64,000 bases of DNA from Alloascoidea hylecoeti (lineage: Eukaryota). A program made the translations under genes and the position numbers. Shown piece by piece: positions 37,348 through 49,264 of this stretch; within the stretch, counting starts at the first letter, position 1; the number at the start of each line of letters is the position of its first letter. The notes under the pieces are model-generated. The model saw only the letters and a list, made by a program, of their open reading frames with translations, searched no databases and was not told the DNA's origin. The stretch lies in contig BCKZ01000008.1 in the NCBI GenBank assembly GCA_001600815.1, positions 496,001 to 560,000 on the forward strand, read 5' to 3'.

Positions 37348-37626
37348 CGGTTAAAAGTATTGCTAATTATTAACTATAACTTATATTATATATATATTGG
37401 TAGTAGATATTTAAGGAGTTTAGAGCTATAACTAGCTAATATTAATTGTAATACAGCTTTAAAATTTAAATTTAATGTTATTGCGATTGGAGATCATGTA
37501 TAAATATTTAAATTGAGTTTTAAGCACCTTTTCATTTTTGTCACTTTCAATTATAATTAATATATTCCACTTCTTCAGTTTAATACTTCTGAAATCTCTC
37601 TCATCCTACCACGATTAACATTTTAA

Positions 37627-38820
37627 ATGTCAAGGAGCACATCAGGAGCATCGTCGCTTAAATCAGCACATGGCGATTGTGGTTCAGAGCTTCAATTAGA
37701 GACATCAAAAGAGCCGCCAGTTGCAACAAATGAAATTGTCAATGAATTGACACCTCTTTTATCACAAGCAGAGTCTCATCATTCGGGAATTTCAACGCCA
37801 TCAATTTCCTCTAATTTATCATCAGAATCAAATGTGAAATACACGACACTAAGAGATCCTACATTCGACCTTGAATCACAGTCTTTTTCAAAAGTCTCTG
37901 CAGGTAATGCTTCTATTCATTCACTTGCTTGTCACCATCAAACACCAAGGCCTTCCCAGACTTCTATCCCACCACCAGTAGTAATCCCTCCCGTCACTGG
38001 CTCATTTACTATTTTAGATCTAATTATATGGCTCCAAAATATTAACTTCTCCAATTCATCTGGTCCGGATGGCAGATGGCAATCTCTTACCATTAGTGTT
38101 TTTATAGTTCTTGCTTTTATTTGTAATATTTATTTTATTGGTTCAAACACAAAAGGAATAATGGATGCTTCAACATCATATCATATATCTCGTTTTGAAC
38201 TATTAGATTATAATAATAATGACTTTAACGCTGGAACTGGTTTGGTAACATTTGATGTTAAAATAGCAGGTGATATTACGGTGGATTATTCTGGAATTGA
38301 TAATAGATGTCAATATTTGAAATATAGTTGGAAATTTCTTACAAATAATATACTTAAATCGGTTTCAATTGACATCAATGAAGATATTAATATATTTAGT
38401 AAGATTGAAAATGATGCAAATTATCAAATGATTCATCTTGGTACTTTAAGTCATCCAACTTCATACATACCCGTTGCTTTACGAAATAATAGTACTTCTT
38501 TTTTCAAATTCAATGGATTGATTAAAACTTATCCGGATTCAGACGATTTTTTTAAAACCCTTCTTGACTTGTTATCACACGGTGAAGATTGGCCTACTAT
38601 GCTCATTATAGCCGAACTTAAGGGGAAGCGATATTTGTTTGATTGGCTGAATATGGGAGAGTATAGACAAATTTTCGAGACCAGAATTAGTTTAAGAAAA
38701 ATGTTGGGGAAAGAACTTTCAAGGGATATTATAGATAGGTATCACCATGGGAAGAAATCAAGTGTTTGGATAAATGATCAGGAGTTGGACGATGATAAAT
38801 TGTACATGTCACCAGTTTGA
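37627..38820 (+). CDS. Predicted membrane protein, possibly vacuolar (Tag1-like architecture)
   Basis: 397 aa; Ser-rich N-terminus with ELTPLL dileucine-type motif; hydrophobic LTISVFIVLAFICNIYFI; beta-rich C-terminal part. Confidence 0.7.
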   Translation: MSRSTSGASSLKSAHGDCGSELQLETSKEPPVATNEIVNELTPLLSQAESHHSGISTPSISSNLSSESNVKYTTLRDPTFDLESQSFSKVSAGNASIHSLACHHQTPRPSQTSIPPPVVIPPVTGSFTILDLIIWLQNINFSNSSGPDGRWQSLTISVFIVLAFICNIYFIGSNTKGIMDASTSYHISRFELLDYNNNDFNAGTGLVTFDVKIAGDITVDYSGIDNRCQYLKYSWKFLTNNILKSVSIDINEDINIFSKIENDANYQMIHLGTLSHPTSYIPVALRNNSTSFFKFNGLIKTYPDSDDFFKTLLDLLSHGEDWPTMLIIAELKGKRYLFDWLNMGEYRQIFETRISLRKMLGKELSRDIIDRYHHGKKSSVWINDQELDDDKLYMSPV

Positions 38821-39710
38821 TTTTCTATCGTTCATTGATATTTATTGTACTCAATAATTAACTGTTACAATTGTATACTGATATGGGGAAAAAGTTCAAT
38901 CCAATTAACTATAAGATATATATAAGAATTAGATAAAATATTAAAAAAATGTGAAATGTATCCCTTCATCGACATTCAGAACCTATTAACAGGATTTCCA
39001 AACTTCCTATTCAGGACGAAATAAATTCTTCTCCAAAGCCAATATAGATAAAGTTATGATCTTGTCATAAGTTTGGCAACAAGTAAACATTAAAAATTCG
39101 TATAACTTGCCGTGGCATTGCTTTGTTTACTTTTTGATTGGAGAAGAAAGGAGTCCAACTTGGTGGAAAATTTACTGCTTTTATATTAGATGTTTGGAGG
39201 TTTTGGAGATGATAAAATAAGGGCTACGGTATTAGGGCTATAACGCATGGTGTGACTGCGTATATATCAGTGTATATATCAGCACGCATCCTTTGAATTT
39301 AGTTTGTTTTGTGTATCACACCTAGAAAGTTATTATTCATCAATAGTAAGATTCTTGAAACATTATAAAGTAAGTGATGAAAACTATACAACTGTTCTAA
39401 TGATGATTAAAGTGGAGATGATGTGATTATTTGGAGTCGTTCAAATAATATCTCAATATAACAATGTGATTTTTCATCAAAAGACAAAGATCCTTAGAAT
39501 AATAGATATTAAACGACGAAATATCAACAAGCATTTAAACATTCAAAATAAATGAATGAAACCCCAATTATAGTTATGAGCAATGAAGTTCAATCAATCA
39601 TTTTAACTCAGACGATATGTACTAGAGCTCAAAATATCATACATCCTCTACCTACTTTATTTATCAATTGATATTATTGGGATCATAAACTAACTTATGA
39701 ATTAGACAAA

Positions 39711-39944
39711 ATGGCTCACGAAAAAGTTTGGTACTCTCACCCAAGGAACTACGGTAAAGGATCCCGTCAATGGTAAGTGATAAATCAATATGTGTTAAAT
39801 TAAGTCATTCAATTTATTAACATTTTCTCTCATAGTCGTGTCACTGCTACATCCACCGGTGTTATCAGAAAATATGGAATTAATCTTGGAAGACAATCTT
39901 TCCGTGAAAAAGCTGCCGATATTGGTTTCCACAAATACCGATAA
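39711..39944 (+). CDS. RPS29: 40S ribosomal protein uS14/S29 (exons 39711-39772, 39836-39944), lacking three zinc ligands
   Basis: GTAAGT...TATTAAC...TAG intron; spliced 56 aa [56 protein letters not shown]. Confidence 0.95.
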
Positions 39945-40709
39945 ATTATTTGCTCTTGTTCAAATTTACAAGTAAACATTTTGTTCAATTATTGCTTAAA
40001 GTGTTTAGTATAATATAATTTTCTTCAAATCTCACAAGTGTGTTGCAACAATTAAGTGCTTTTGTAAATGTAATTTTTTTGAAAATAAGTATTGAACCCA
40101 ATGATAAATAGCTTCCTTATCATGATGTTTCAATATAGTTGATTTCCAATCCCCATCCTCATTTATCATGATTATAATTACGTAGTAGGAAAGTTACGCT
40201 CAACTATTTTCGCAACAATAAATAAGTCTTATTGTTATTAATGTTAATGGACTCGTTTATATGTGATAATAAGTCAATAGCTTCTTTGTATGTTAAAATA
40301 AACTCCTTCAGATAATTAATTGTAATCATGCTACAAATGGCTGTAATAACTCTACGGTACAGCTGGACAACGTTTCAATTTCAGAATTTGTTATTCTCAT
40401 GGGAAAACCAACTATTATAAACTAAAAATTTAGATTATTTGTACGACTGAAGCGGGTCCAGACATATGTATTGCTTGCTATTTATGCATTTCGTTTGCTT
40501 AAATTGGAATCTGCATCTCGTATTTCTGCCCTGTTGTGCTTCTAGATCTTCTAATTGGCCAGCTATGAGAACAGTTGTGTAGAGTCGCATTTAAAGATTA
40601 TTCTTCTCCAAAAATTCATCTCAGATAGATTCAAATACCTATCATTGAAAGAGTTTCAATTTCATTTTTCTTATTTTATTTATAATTACTTGTTAATACA
40701 TTCTTAAAT

Positions 40710-41303
40710 ATGAGGTTTTCATTCGCTGCTCTTGCATTACTTCCTTTTGGTGTTATGGCTACTCCACCTGCATGCTTACTTGCTTGTATCGCCCAAGTCA
40801 CAAAACCAGGACCTTGCAAATCTATCGAAGATTACGACTGCGTTTGTTCCGGAACGTCTGCGAATAATATTGCTGACTGCTTAAACTCGAAATGTCCTAA
40901 TGGTAATGAACCCGCTGCTTTAAGTGCCTTTAAATCATCTTGTTCAGAACGAGGAAAAGACATTAATCTCAATATTGTTTCAAGCGGTTCTGTTTCTTCA
41001 ATCACTTCTGGACCTTCATCTCCATCTTCGAACATTGACTCAGATGCTATAACCTCAAGTTCAGATCAAGATACTATAGCTGTAGATTCGGCATCATCTA
41101 CCGAGTCAGTTCTAACAACACCAGCTGGGTCTGTGGCAGAATCTAGTAAAGCCGTTACTTCTACTACAGTTGCATCTCCATTACAGTCTCCTGTGACAAT
41201 CGCTGCTTCAGGAACAGGTATTATTGAAGGTGCTGCTACCAGACCATCAGGATCAAAATCAATTGAAGCCCTTATTGTTGCTTTGGCGGTCTTTTTATTA
41301 TAA
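40710..41303 (+). CDS. CCW14: CFEM-domain GPI-anchored cell wall protein (Ccw14/Ssr1-like)
   Basis: Signal peptide, TPPACLLAC...8-Cys domain ending SAFKSSCSE, Ser/Thr stalk, hydrophobic C-terminus. Confidence 0.88.
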   Translation: MRFSFAALALLPFGVMATPPACLLACIAQVTKPGPCKSIEDYDCVCSGTSANNIADCLNSKCPNGNEPAALSAFKSSCSERGKDINLNIVSSGSVSSITSGPSSPSSNIDSDAITSSSDQDTIAVDSASSTESVLTTPAGSVAESSKAVTSTTVASPLQSPVTIAASGTGIIEGAATRPSGSKSIEALIVALAVFLL

Positions 41304-41797
41304 AATTAAAATGTAAAAATATATACATTTAAGAAATAAAGGTAAATAAATAATATACCAAATGATATTATATAGTTGGTTATTAATAAAAAGTGTTTTA
41401 AATTCATGCTCATTATATATTCCATTAAAAATAAGCGGAAAATTTAAATTTGACCATGAAATACTTATGAATGCGTAGATTTACTGAATACTTCATTTAT
41501 ATAAGATCTCATATCGTCCCTAATATACATGTATTAACAGGTGTAAGATTTCATGTTGTTGCTATTTAAATTCGCTAACAGGAAAAGGAATTAACCAAGG
41601 TATATGTTGGAACCACTGATTACATAGATTTACTTCTAAGTTTATATATATAGATATCTTTCGGAGTATATGCTCATCTCATTATACCCTCCAATTCCAA
41701 ATTATTTATTTCCCTTGAATACTTCTAACGCACTCGAAATTAGCCATGGTAGTCGAAAATTTAAACATTTGTAAGAGTGAGGTAAACGAGCGTCTAA

Positions 41798-41928
41798 ATA
41801 AATTCACTTAATTTCGGCCGAGTTTGGCACGCGAAATTGTTCCATATCCCTGCATATTAATTATAATCGGTAATAATGTTAGCGAAAAAAACAACTATGG
41901 GGGTGGCCTTTTTTAAGTGGAATCACTG
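41798..41928. mobile_element. ~130-bp MITE, same TIR family as 3589-4244
   Basis: ATTCACTTAATTTCGGCC ... GGCCTTTTTTAAGTGGAATCACTG followed by TA; shares internal CGGTAATAATGT with the 3589-4244 copy. Confidence 0.55.
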
Positions 41929-42462
41929 TAACATTAAACTTTACTAATATTATATAAAATTACACATGCCATGTTAGAGATATCTAATTGGTCTGTAATT
42001 GAAACAGATCTGACTTTAAGGTAATTAGAATTATAATTCATTCAGACATCTTCGATCTCTAGCAATCATAATCTTTACTATCATGATGTTTCATTAGCTT
42101 CAGTTCGCCAAAAAAAAAACTTTTTGAAAAATTGAAATGATATACCGTGTTATTTATAACCTATTTAACACTTTTAATGTTTCACTTTCAGATATATTAG
42201 AAATTTTATTTGAACGTTTTAAGAAACATTATCAGAATTTGAACTATTGTTGACCATATTTAATTTATTCAATCCATAGCGGGATAGATAGCTCTCTTTG
42301 TTAATGTCATGAGAGGGTACAAAATTACATTTACTTGCAGGTTTATCTAACTTCATCATAAAAATAAAATTCATGTATAAATAAATAAATAAATAAAAAG
42401 ATCTGATATCGATGAAAATTCTAAAATTAAAATCTTTGATTTTAAAAGAATGTAAGATTTAA

Positions 42463-43866
42463 TTAAGCGACAGAAGCACATAAAGCAGCACCAACACCAG
42501 ATCCATCTTTTGCAATTCTAATATTAATTCTTTTTTCACCAGAAACACCAATTCTATTAATTAATTTTAAAGCTTCTTGGACATTTTCATGAAATCCAGG
42601 ATAATATTGAATAACACTTCCATCAGCACCAATATCAATTAAATCATGTTTTTCTAAAGAATTTGTTTTAATAACTATACCAGCTAAAGGTATTGAAGAT
42701 AAATAAGCAGCTCTTTTTGAGATTGCTTTAACAAGAATTTTAATTGCTTTTCTTTCTTCAACAGTTGTAGGTAAATGAATTGATTGATTAAATAATAATG
42801 AAGTAATTATTTGATCAGTTGAATCATCAACTTCAATTAATGCTAAATTTGAAGAATCTAATGTCCATGGTTTGAAGAATTTTTCACCCATATCATCAAC
42901 ATTTTGAAAAATTAATTTTTCTTTATATAAATCAACTAAAGCTTGTCTTAATGTTTCACCTAAAAACATACCACTTATTCTTTTTTCAAACATATGAAAT
43001 TTTGGATTTGGAGTTAATTTATCAATTGCTTCATCATATTTTGTATTTGGTAAATATTTTAAATCATTATCAAATGAACCCCATTCAGTATTAATAACCA
43101 TTCCTTTTGTATTTTCTGGTATTGAATCCTTTGATAATTTTTTAATGTTTTCAATATCTTCCATGTAACAACCATTTGTACCTGTCCCAAATATACTACC
43201 AATCAAAGTATAACCATCTTCAGGTGTTGTTGAATAAGCACGGGACATTAATGTTCCAACAGTATCATTAACTAGAGCACTAACAATACAAGGAACCAAT
43301 TTTTTATCCAATTGATCTTGTAATAGTTTAACAACATCTTGATTAACAGTATCATCAATACTAAAAGATTTTGTCCAACGTAATAAAGTTCCTTTATTTA
43401 AAGCAGTTTGATTAACCGGGAAACTAAAAGTAAAACCAAGTTTTAATTTTTCATTACCCTCTTTAATTGAAGAAAATTGATCAGAATGATGTTGTTGTAC
43501 AAAAATTAAAATTTTTTCAGCAAAAAATTCAAATAATTGAGTTGAAGTACCAGCAAATAAATCTTTTGGTACTGGATGTTTAACATGAGTCATATGGAAA
43601 GTATTATCACCATTTAATGTTACTGAACATACTCTAAAATTTGTACCACCAAGGTCAACAGCTAAAAATAAACCTTTTTCTTTACCAGTTGGTATATCAG
43701 TTACGAAACTTGGAATCATCGGTAATCCACGTTTATTGGAGTTTGAACGAAGACCTTCATTCGCCTGAAATATAAAATGATCAACACATTTGTTGAGAAG
43801 TTCAGGAGATACCTCGAAACCTTTGGCTATCTCGGTGGCTCTATCAATTAAAGAAGATTTCGTCAT
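42463..43866 (-). CDS. GLK1: Glucokinase (hexokinase family)
   Basis: GLPMIPSFVT, DLGGTNFRVCSV, LGFTFSFP, VNDTVG, GTGTNG, INTEWG, DGSGVGAALCA; N-terminus resembles Glk1 more than Hxk. Confidence 0.9.
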   Translation of the reverse strand: MTKSSLIDRATEIAKGFEVSPELLNKCVDHFIFQANEGLRSNSNKRGLPMIPSFVTDIPTGKEKGLFLAVDLGGTNFRVCSVTLNGDNTFHMTHVKHPVPKDLFAGTSTQLFEFFAEKILIFVQQHHSDQFSSIKEGNEKLKLGFTFSFPVNQTALNKGTLLRWTKSFSIDDTVNQDVVKLLQDQLDKKLVPCIVSALVNDTVGTLMSRAYSTTPEDGYTLIGSIFGTGTNGCYMEDIENIKKLSKDSIPENTKGMVINTEWGSFDNDLKYLPNTKYDEAIDKLTPNPKFHMFEKRISGMFLGETLRQALVDLYKEKLIFQNVDDMGEKFFKPWTLDSSNLALIEVDDSTDQIITSLLFNQSIHLPTTVEERKAIKILVKAISKRAAYLSSIPLAGIVIKTNSLEKHDLIDIGADGSVIQYYPGFHENVQEALKLINRIGVSGEKRINIRIAKDGSGVGAALCASVA

Positions 43867-45510
43867 TTATGTGTGTTAGTGATAAGAAATTTAGATATAG
43901 GAAATAAATTCAAAGGAAGATGGGGCAGAAATGAGTTAATTTATACTCCCATTTTAAGTTGAACATCTTTTGCAAATTTCATTGACTTTTAGAAACAATG
44001 AGATTATTAATAATTATTTATAGAAATGAAGATTTGTTTTGTAGTTTTGAAGAGGATAAAAGAATATATTAAATAATTATGTATAGAGTGCTTATAATTA
44101 TAATACAATCGATGAAGTAAACAGATAACGTCAGGTGGTAGGTATAACTAACCTCCCATTATAATTACTTGGGAACGTCACCGAATGTCACAAATGTAAC
44201 CGTTCCAATTGAAAATCCAAACACTCTTCGCTCAGTAAGCTAATGTATACGCAACCAGATGATAATAATGATACATATATATCTAGTAGGAAATCCAAAT
44301 GAGCATCAATTACAGGAGTACACCCTCCAATCATTGCTCATTAAAGGTCCTTTTGTATAAAATAAAAAACAGTTGAACATTAATGCTAGCACTGGTGCGG
44401 GTGATTGTCAAAACAGGATTGGTTTATTGCATCCGATGGGTGCCGCAATTACGTCTGGCTCGATGTTTAACTCAATACTAGGTTGTCTAAATTGCCTTCT
44501 AGTATATTGTATTGAGATCATTTTTTGAGGGTGGTCGGTTGGTGGGATCTGTTATATGAATGATATATAACACTTAATTGCGGCCAGATGATGCACTAAT
44601 GTTCGGCGAGATTTTTGAATACCTCATAATTAATACAATATATTAGGCCTATAGAAGCAAGTACACGGAATGTTATAATGAAAATGAAATTACAAACTCT
44701 ATCAAGAATGCAGGATCGAAGATACGATAATCAATAACTTCACCAAAAATGAAGAACTCTCTCCAATGTCTACTATAACGACTCTTCTTTGTTCTTTTCT
44801 TTGATGATAGCTTGATAACGTGTTGTACCATATATCAAAGATTTCACCTGCATAGACCAAAAACTTGATATACTAATATCTTTATTCAAAATGTCCTAAC
44901 TAATTAAAAATGATTATAAGATCCTCCTAGGAAAACTACAGAAACTTTATATTCCAGAAATTTGGTATGATTTCATACGAGTTTGGGTCTCTCTTGATTA
45001 TATTCAGCCATTCATTAATGGAAAGACATGCAGAAGATATGTCATAGTGAATAATTTCCCAATGTAGTATACCTTACGCAAGTGACATATAAATATCAAT
45101 ATACATGTAGTATGCTTACCCTATTGAGCGCCAGAAAATCATTATAGGAACAGATAAGGAAATTCTAAATTTATTCATATCATAGTAATCTACATTTATT
45201 TTTAATCCATATTATATAGCGATTAGTCTAATATTGAATTATGTTTGAGTCAGTTTGACCACGGGCCGTTGTAAGATATTTTATAGATCAGTGCCCAAAC
45301 TTCTTCCAAGTAAGGTGATAACACAACTGCAATTGCAAATATGTAATATGATTAATTATTATCCCAAACTAGAAAAAGTATATATATATATATATATATA
45401 AAGACGCATGAGTATTAACTGTGAATCTGTGATGAAGCTTAAGTGCTTAAGATTCAATCAGTAGTGTGTGGTTGAAATCATAAACCTGGCCGAACATTTG
45501 TGCATTAATT

Positions 45511-45534
45511 GGCCTAAATTAAGTGGAATGACTG
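45511..45534. mobile_element. Solo TIR of the CAGTGATTCCACTTAATTT(A/C)GGCC family
   Basis: GGCCTAAATTAAGTGGAATGACTG followed by TA. Confidence 0.5.
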
Positions 45535-46078
45535 TATTAAAGGCCCATATATCGATACCCTCCGAAAGCGAAAACCACCTCCTACAACAATTTACTAGAT
45601 TATAAACCATTAATACCGCTTTGAATCCCACCTTGACTAGCTTGGAGCAAGAACTGGGAACCGTCAATGTTAAGAGACATACCAAGCTACATATAACTTA
45701 TATATTTAGGCAAATGGCATGCGATACTTAAAAATAGACTTAACGAATATTTATTCATGACGATGCATGGAAGTATCATAATCAAGAAATAAAAGTTTAT
45801 TCAAAATATAGTAGTTACAGCAAGTTCAGTTGATATCTTCATTTGTATTTATCAGTGTTATCATCCAACTAAATGAATGTATTATTTAATCAAATATAAG
45901 TTATATATATCAGTTTTATTTTCCTATTCCTATTCTTTTACCCTATAATAATTGTGATGTTAAATATCATATTTTTCTTCCATCTAAACGTAAACGTCTC
46001 TAATACCATGCATTTTAAAAAGTAATACCAAATGATATCAAATTAAATAAATTGTTCCTTTTTTTACTTTTGATAATT

Positions 46079-48635
46079 TCAAGTGTCAATAGGAGATCCT
46101 AATTTTTTTGCTCCACTGTTTTCTGCAGCTGCTGATTTAGCTTCTGAATTGATACTATCTAAATCTTGAATTCCTGAAACTGATTTAAGAGGTTTGTATC
46201 TTGCTTTCGGTAAAGGTTGAGAAGTAATTGAAGATCGACGATTTAAAGAAACTGGTGATGATGATACATCTTCACCTGAATTGTTTTTATTGTTAACATT
46301 GGTATCATAAAGTTGCACTGGTACTGGTGATGGAAGTTTCGTATCAATATTCGGAAGGTTTGGGGGAGGAGCAGAACGTCCATGTAATCCCTTACCTAAC
46401 ATACTTGAGCCTGAACGAGATCCTGATCTGACTTGAGAACTCGATGGATTTCTCAATGATGACGATCGAGATGAAGAATTTTGTCGCTTAAGAGCTTTAA
46501 AAATTGTATCACGATAAGTTATAAGGTCCGAAATTAAACGCGATACATGACGATCACCCAAAGTTAAATTTGATTGAACTTTTGGTCTAAGGATACATCC
46601 TGATAATTCTTGAGAAATTCGAGTTTTAAAATCTAAATGCGGTGGTTTTATTGATGATGTGGGTGATGAAACTTTTGTATTATCATCCGAAGGTGTATTA
46701 ATAATACTTATTAATCTTGCAAAATGTCGAGTTATAACATCTAAAGTTGCAATATTACATTTTGATAAACCACTTAATGTATTTTGAATTGCTGATAAAC
46801 GTAAAGATATTTGATCAAATTCATTATTTGTACTATTATTATCACCACTTGAAACAATACTATTATTACCATATTGTTTATAAATTGATTTAAAAACATC
46901 ATATAAATTACTTGGTATAACAGACTCTGGTAATTCTAAAAGATATAATTTTAAAACACTTGCAATGACAGATGGTTCACAATCAGATAAAATTTCTCTT
47001 TTCATAATTGGACCAGGAATATTTAATTTTTTTCTTAATTCATGAGTTGATTTTAATTTAACTTGTGTAATCCAAATTAATTGACGAATTTCATCATTTT
47101 CCATAATTGGATAAATTGAATCCATATAACTTAATATACCAGATATAATTAATGGTACTTTTTTATTATCAACACGACAACGAGCCTCAAGATCAACACC
47201 AAATACTTGAGAATCTGAAGATTTATAATAATTATCATATAATATAACTTTTGGTGTATAAGAACCAGTTTTATAATTATCTAATAAGAAATTTAAATCA
47301 TTTAATGGATTAATTGTTTCTTGATATAAAATTAATTTTTCAACAACTGATGATAAACTTTGAATTTTATTACTTATTGCTGCTGAAAAATCAAGAGTTG
47401 TTTTTTTTAATGCTTTTAAACGATCTAATTCACATTTCTCCATAAATGATAAATGATCAATTATTGTTTCTTCAAGAGTACATCTTAAATCATCAAGATT
47501 AATTACATCAGTTTCATATTTTTGTTCAAGAGCTTTTAATTCTCTTGCATGTTTTTGTAATGGAGTTTCATTTAGATTTGCTGTGTTGCTTATACCAATC
47601 ATTTCACCTAAGTAATCCCCAACTGTACCACCAGTTGATCCATTGGTTGCTTCTGATTTAGTTAAACCAGCTTCGAAGAATGATTGTGGTTTCCATTGAT
47701 AATGTAAGATTGAACTATTACCAAAAGTACTCCCCACTTGACCAACTAATCGAATATAACCTAAAGTAACCAAGTCTTGGCCAAATACTTCGGCTGATCT
47801 TACCTTTTGGATTCCGAGTTTGTGTTGCAACCAATCAACAATTTCAGAACCTGTTGATACATTATTATAAGTACCCAAAATAGGGACTTTAAAATCAGCT
47901 TGAGGAATCTCATTTAACATTGCTTCAAATAAACCTTTTCTATGTTTCTTATCAAATTCAATAGAACCAATTGTAACAATATCTTTATTATAATCATCTT
48001 CATCTTGAATTGCATCTGATTTTTCACTAGGTTGAGGACTTTTTTCATTATTATTATTTGATTCAGATTGAAGATTTGAAGAATTTAATTCAGCTTCAGG
48101 ATCTTCAAATTTATTCTTTTCTTCTTCAAATATTCTACATTTATTAAAATATTTATTTCTTGTTTTTTCAGTTTCAGAAACAACTTTTTCATAATTTTTT
48201 AATGAAACTTTTAATTTAGTATTTGAAAAATCAACTCTATCTCTATGATCTTTTGACCATTGATTAAATGGTTCAATAATCATTGTTTTAATATTATTTG
48301 ATAATTGGATATGAAAATCACCTTCTGATACCATTTCAGAAGTAATTCCTTCAAAGGCTCGTTTTAAAGTAGCACCATCGTCGGCACCAAACCCATTAGG
48401 ACGAATGGTGATAGTTGATCCTAATGAAGTGCCATAACGAAATTCAGATTCCATACGTGATTGATAAAACGATAGGAATTCATCATTTTCGATACAACCT
48501 TGGTAGAGTTTGTCATATAGGATCTTAAGACCTTTGAGAAAAGAGTTAGAAATTGAACAGCAAAACTTCACATTTGAAAGGATACTTACCAGTTGAATAA
48601 TCTGGAGTCCAAAAACTTTCCGAAAAAGAAGGCAT
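46079..48635 (-). CDS. RGD2: F-BAR/DEP/RhoGAP protein (exons 48635-48590, 48531-46079)
   Basis: Spliced N-terminus MPSFSESFWTPDYSTGLKILY (58-nt GTAAGT...CTAAC...AAG intron); DEP-like STGSEIVDWL; RhoGAP VFGVDL...ASVLKLYLLELP. Confidence 0.9.
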
Positions 48636-49264
48636 TTTTTAAGTATTCTCAGGAGGTTAGATAATAAGATGTCATATTGAATCTTAATATTGCCCTGGAC
48701 GGCCGGGTGACTCCTTCCATGTGCTGTTAAGATATTTATAGAAAATGTGCTCCTCCGAAGACATTTATTAATATGCTATTTACTGAAATTTGTATGACAC
48801 ATGCCGTTGTAGAAAGCGGTTGTCAGAAGATTTATTGATAGATATATCATCATATAAGTGTACATCTTTGCAGAGCTAAAAATACATTAATATTCGATTT
48901 ATCTTAGGAAACTGAAAAAAGCATACCAATTTCGGAGTTTTGTATCAGTTTATCGTATATTTTATAGGCTATGCCTGTTTTGTACAGTTTATTAATATAA
49001 TGCTAACACAAAAAGAATGTCACAAAAGCACACAAACAGAAATTGGATCTGTTTTATAATATGTTTCATCAGCTTCTTTTTGTCACAAGTTTCTTTCTGG
49101 AACACCTTTGCTGAAGGCGTGTTTCTTAAAATTAATATTAAGCCTGTTAACATGTTTGTTACTTTCCGGTTGCCGTAATATAATTTTATATATATCTCTG
49201 TAAACTTGTCTTTCTTTTGAATCCGTTTCTTCAATTGTTATCTTTCAATATTTATTTATATAAG

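Noticed and set aside
39320..39330. ACCTAGAAAGT, a Zap1 ZRE-like site upstream of RPS29
   Set aside because: Two mismatches to ACCTTNAAGGT; too weak to support zinc regulation
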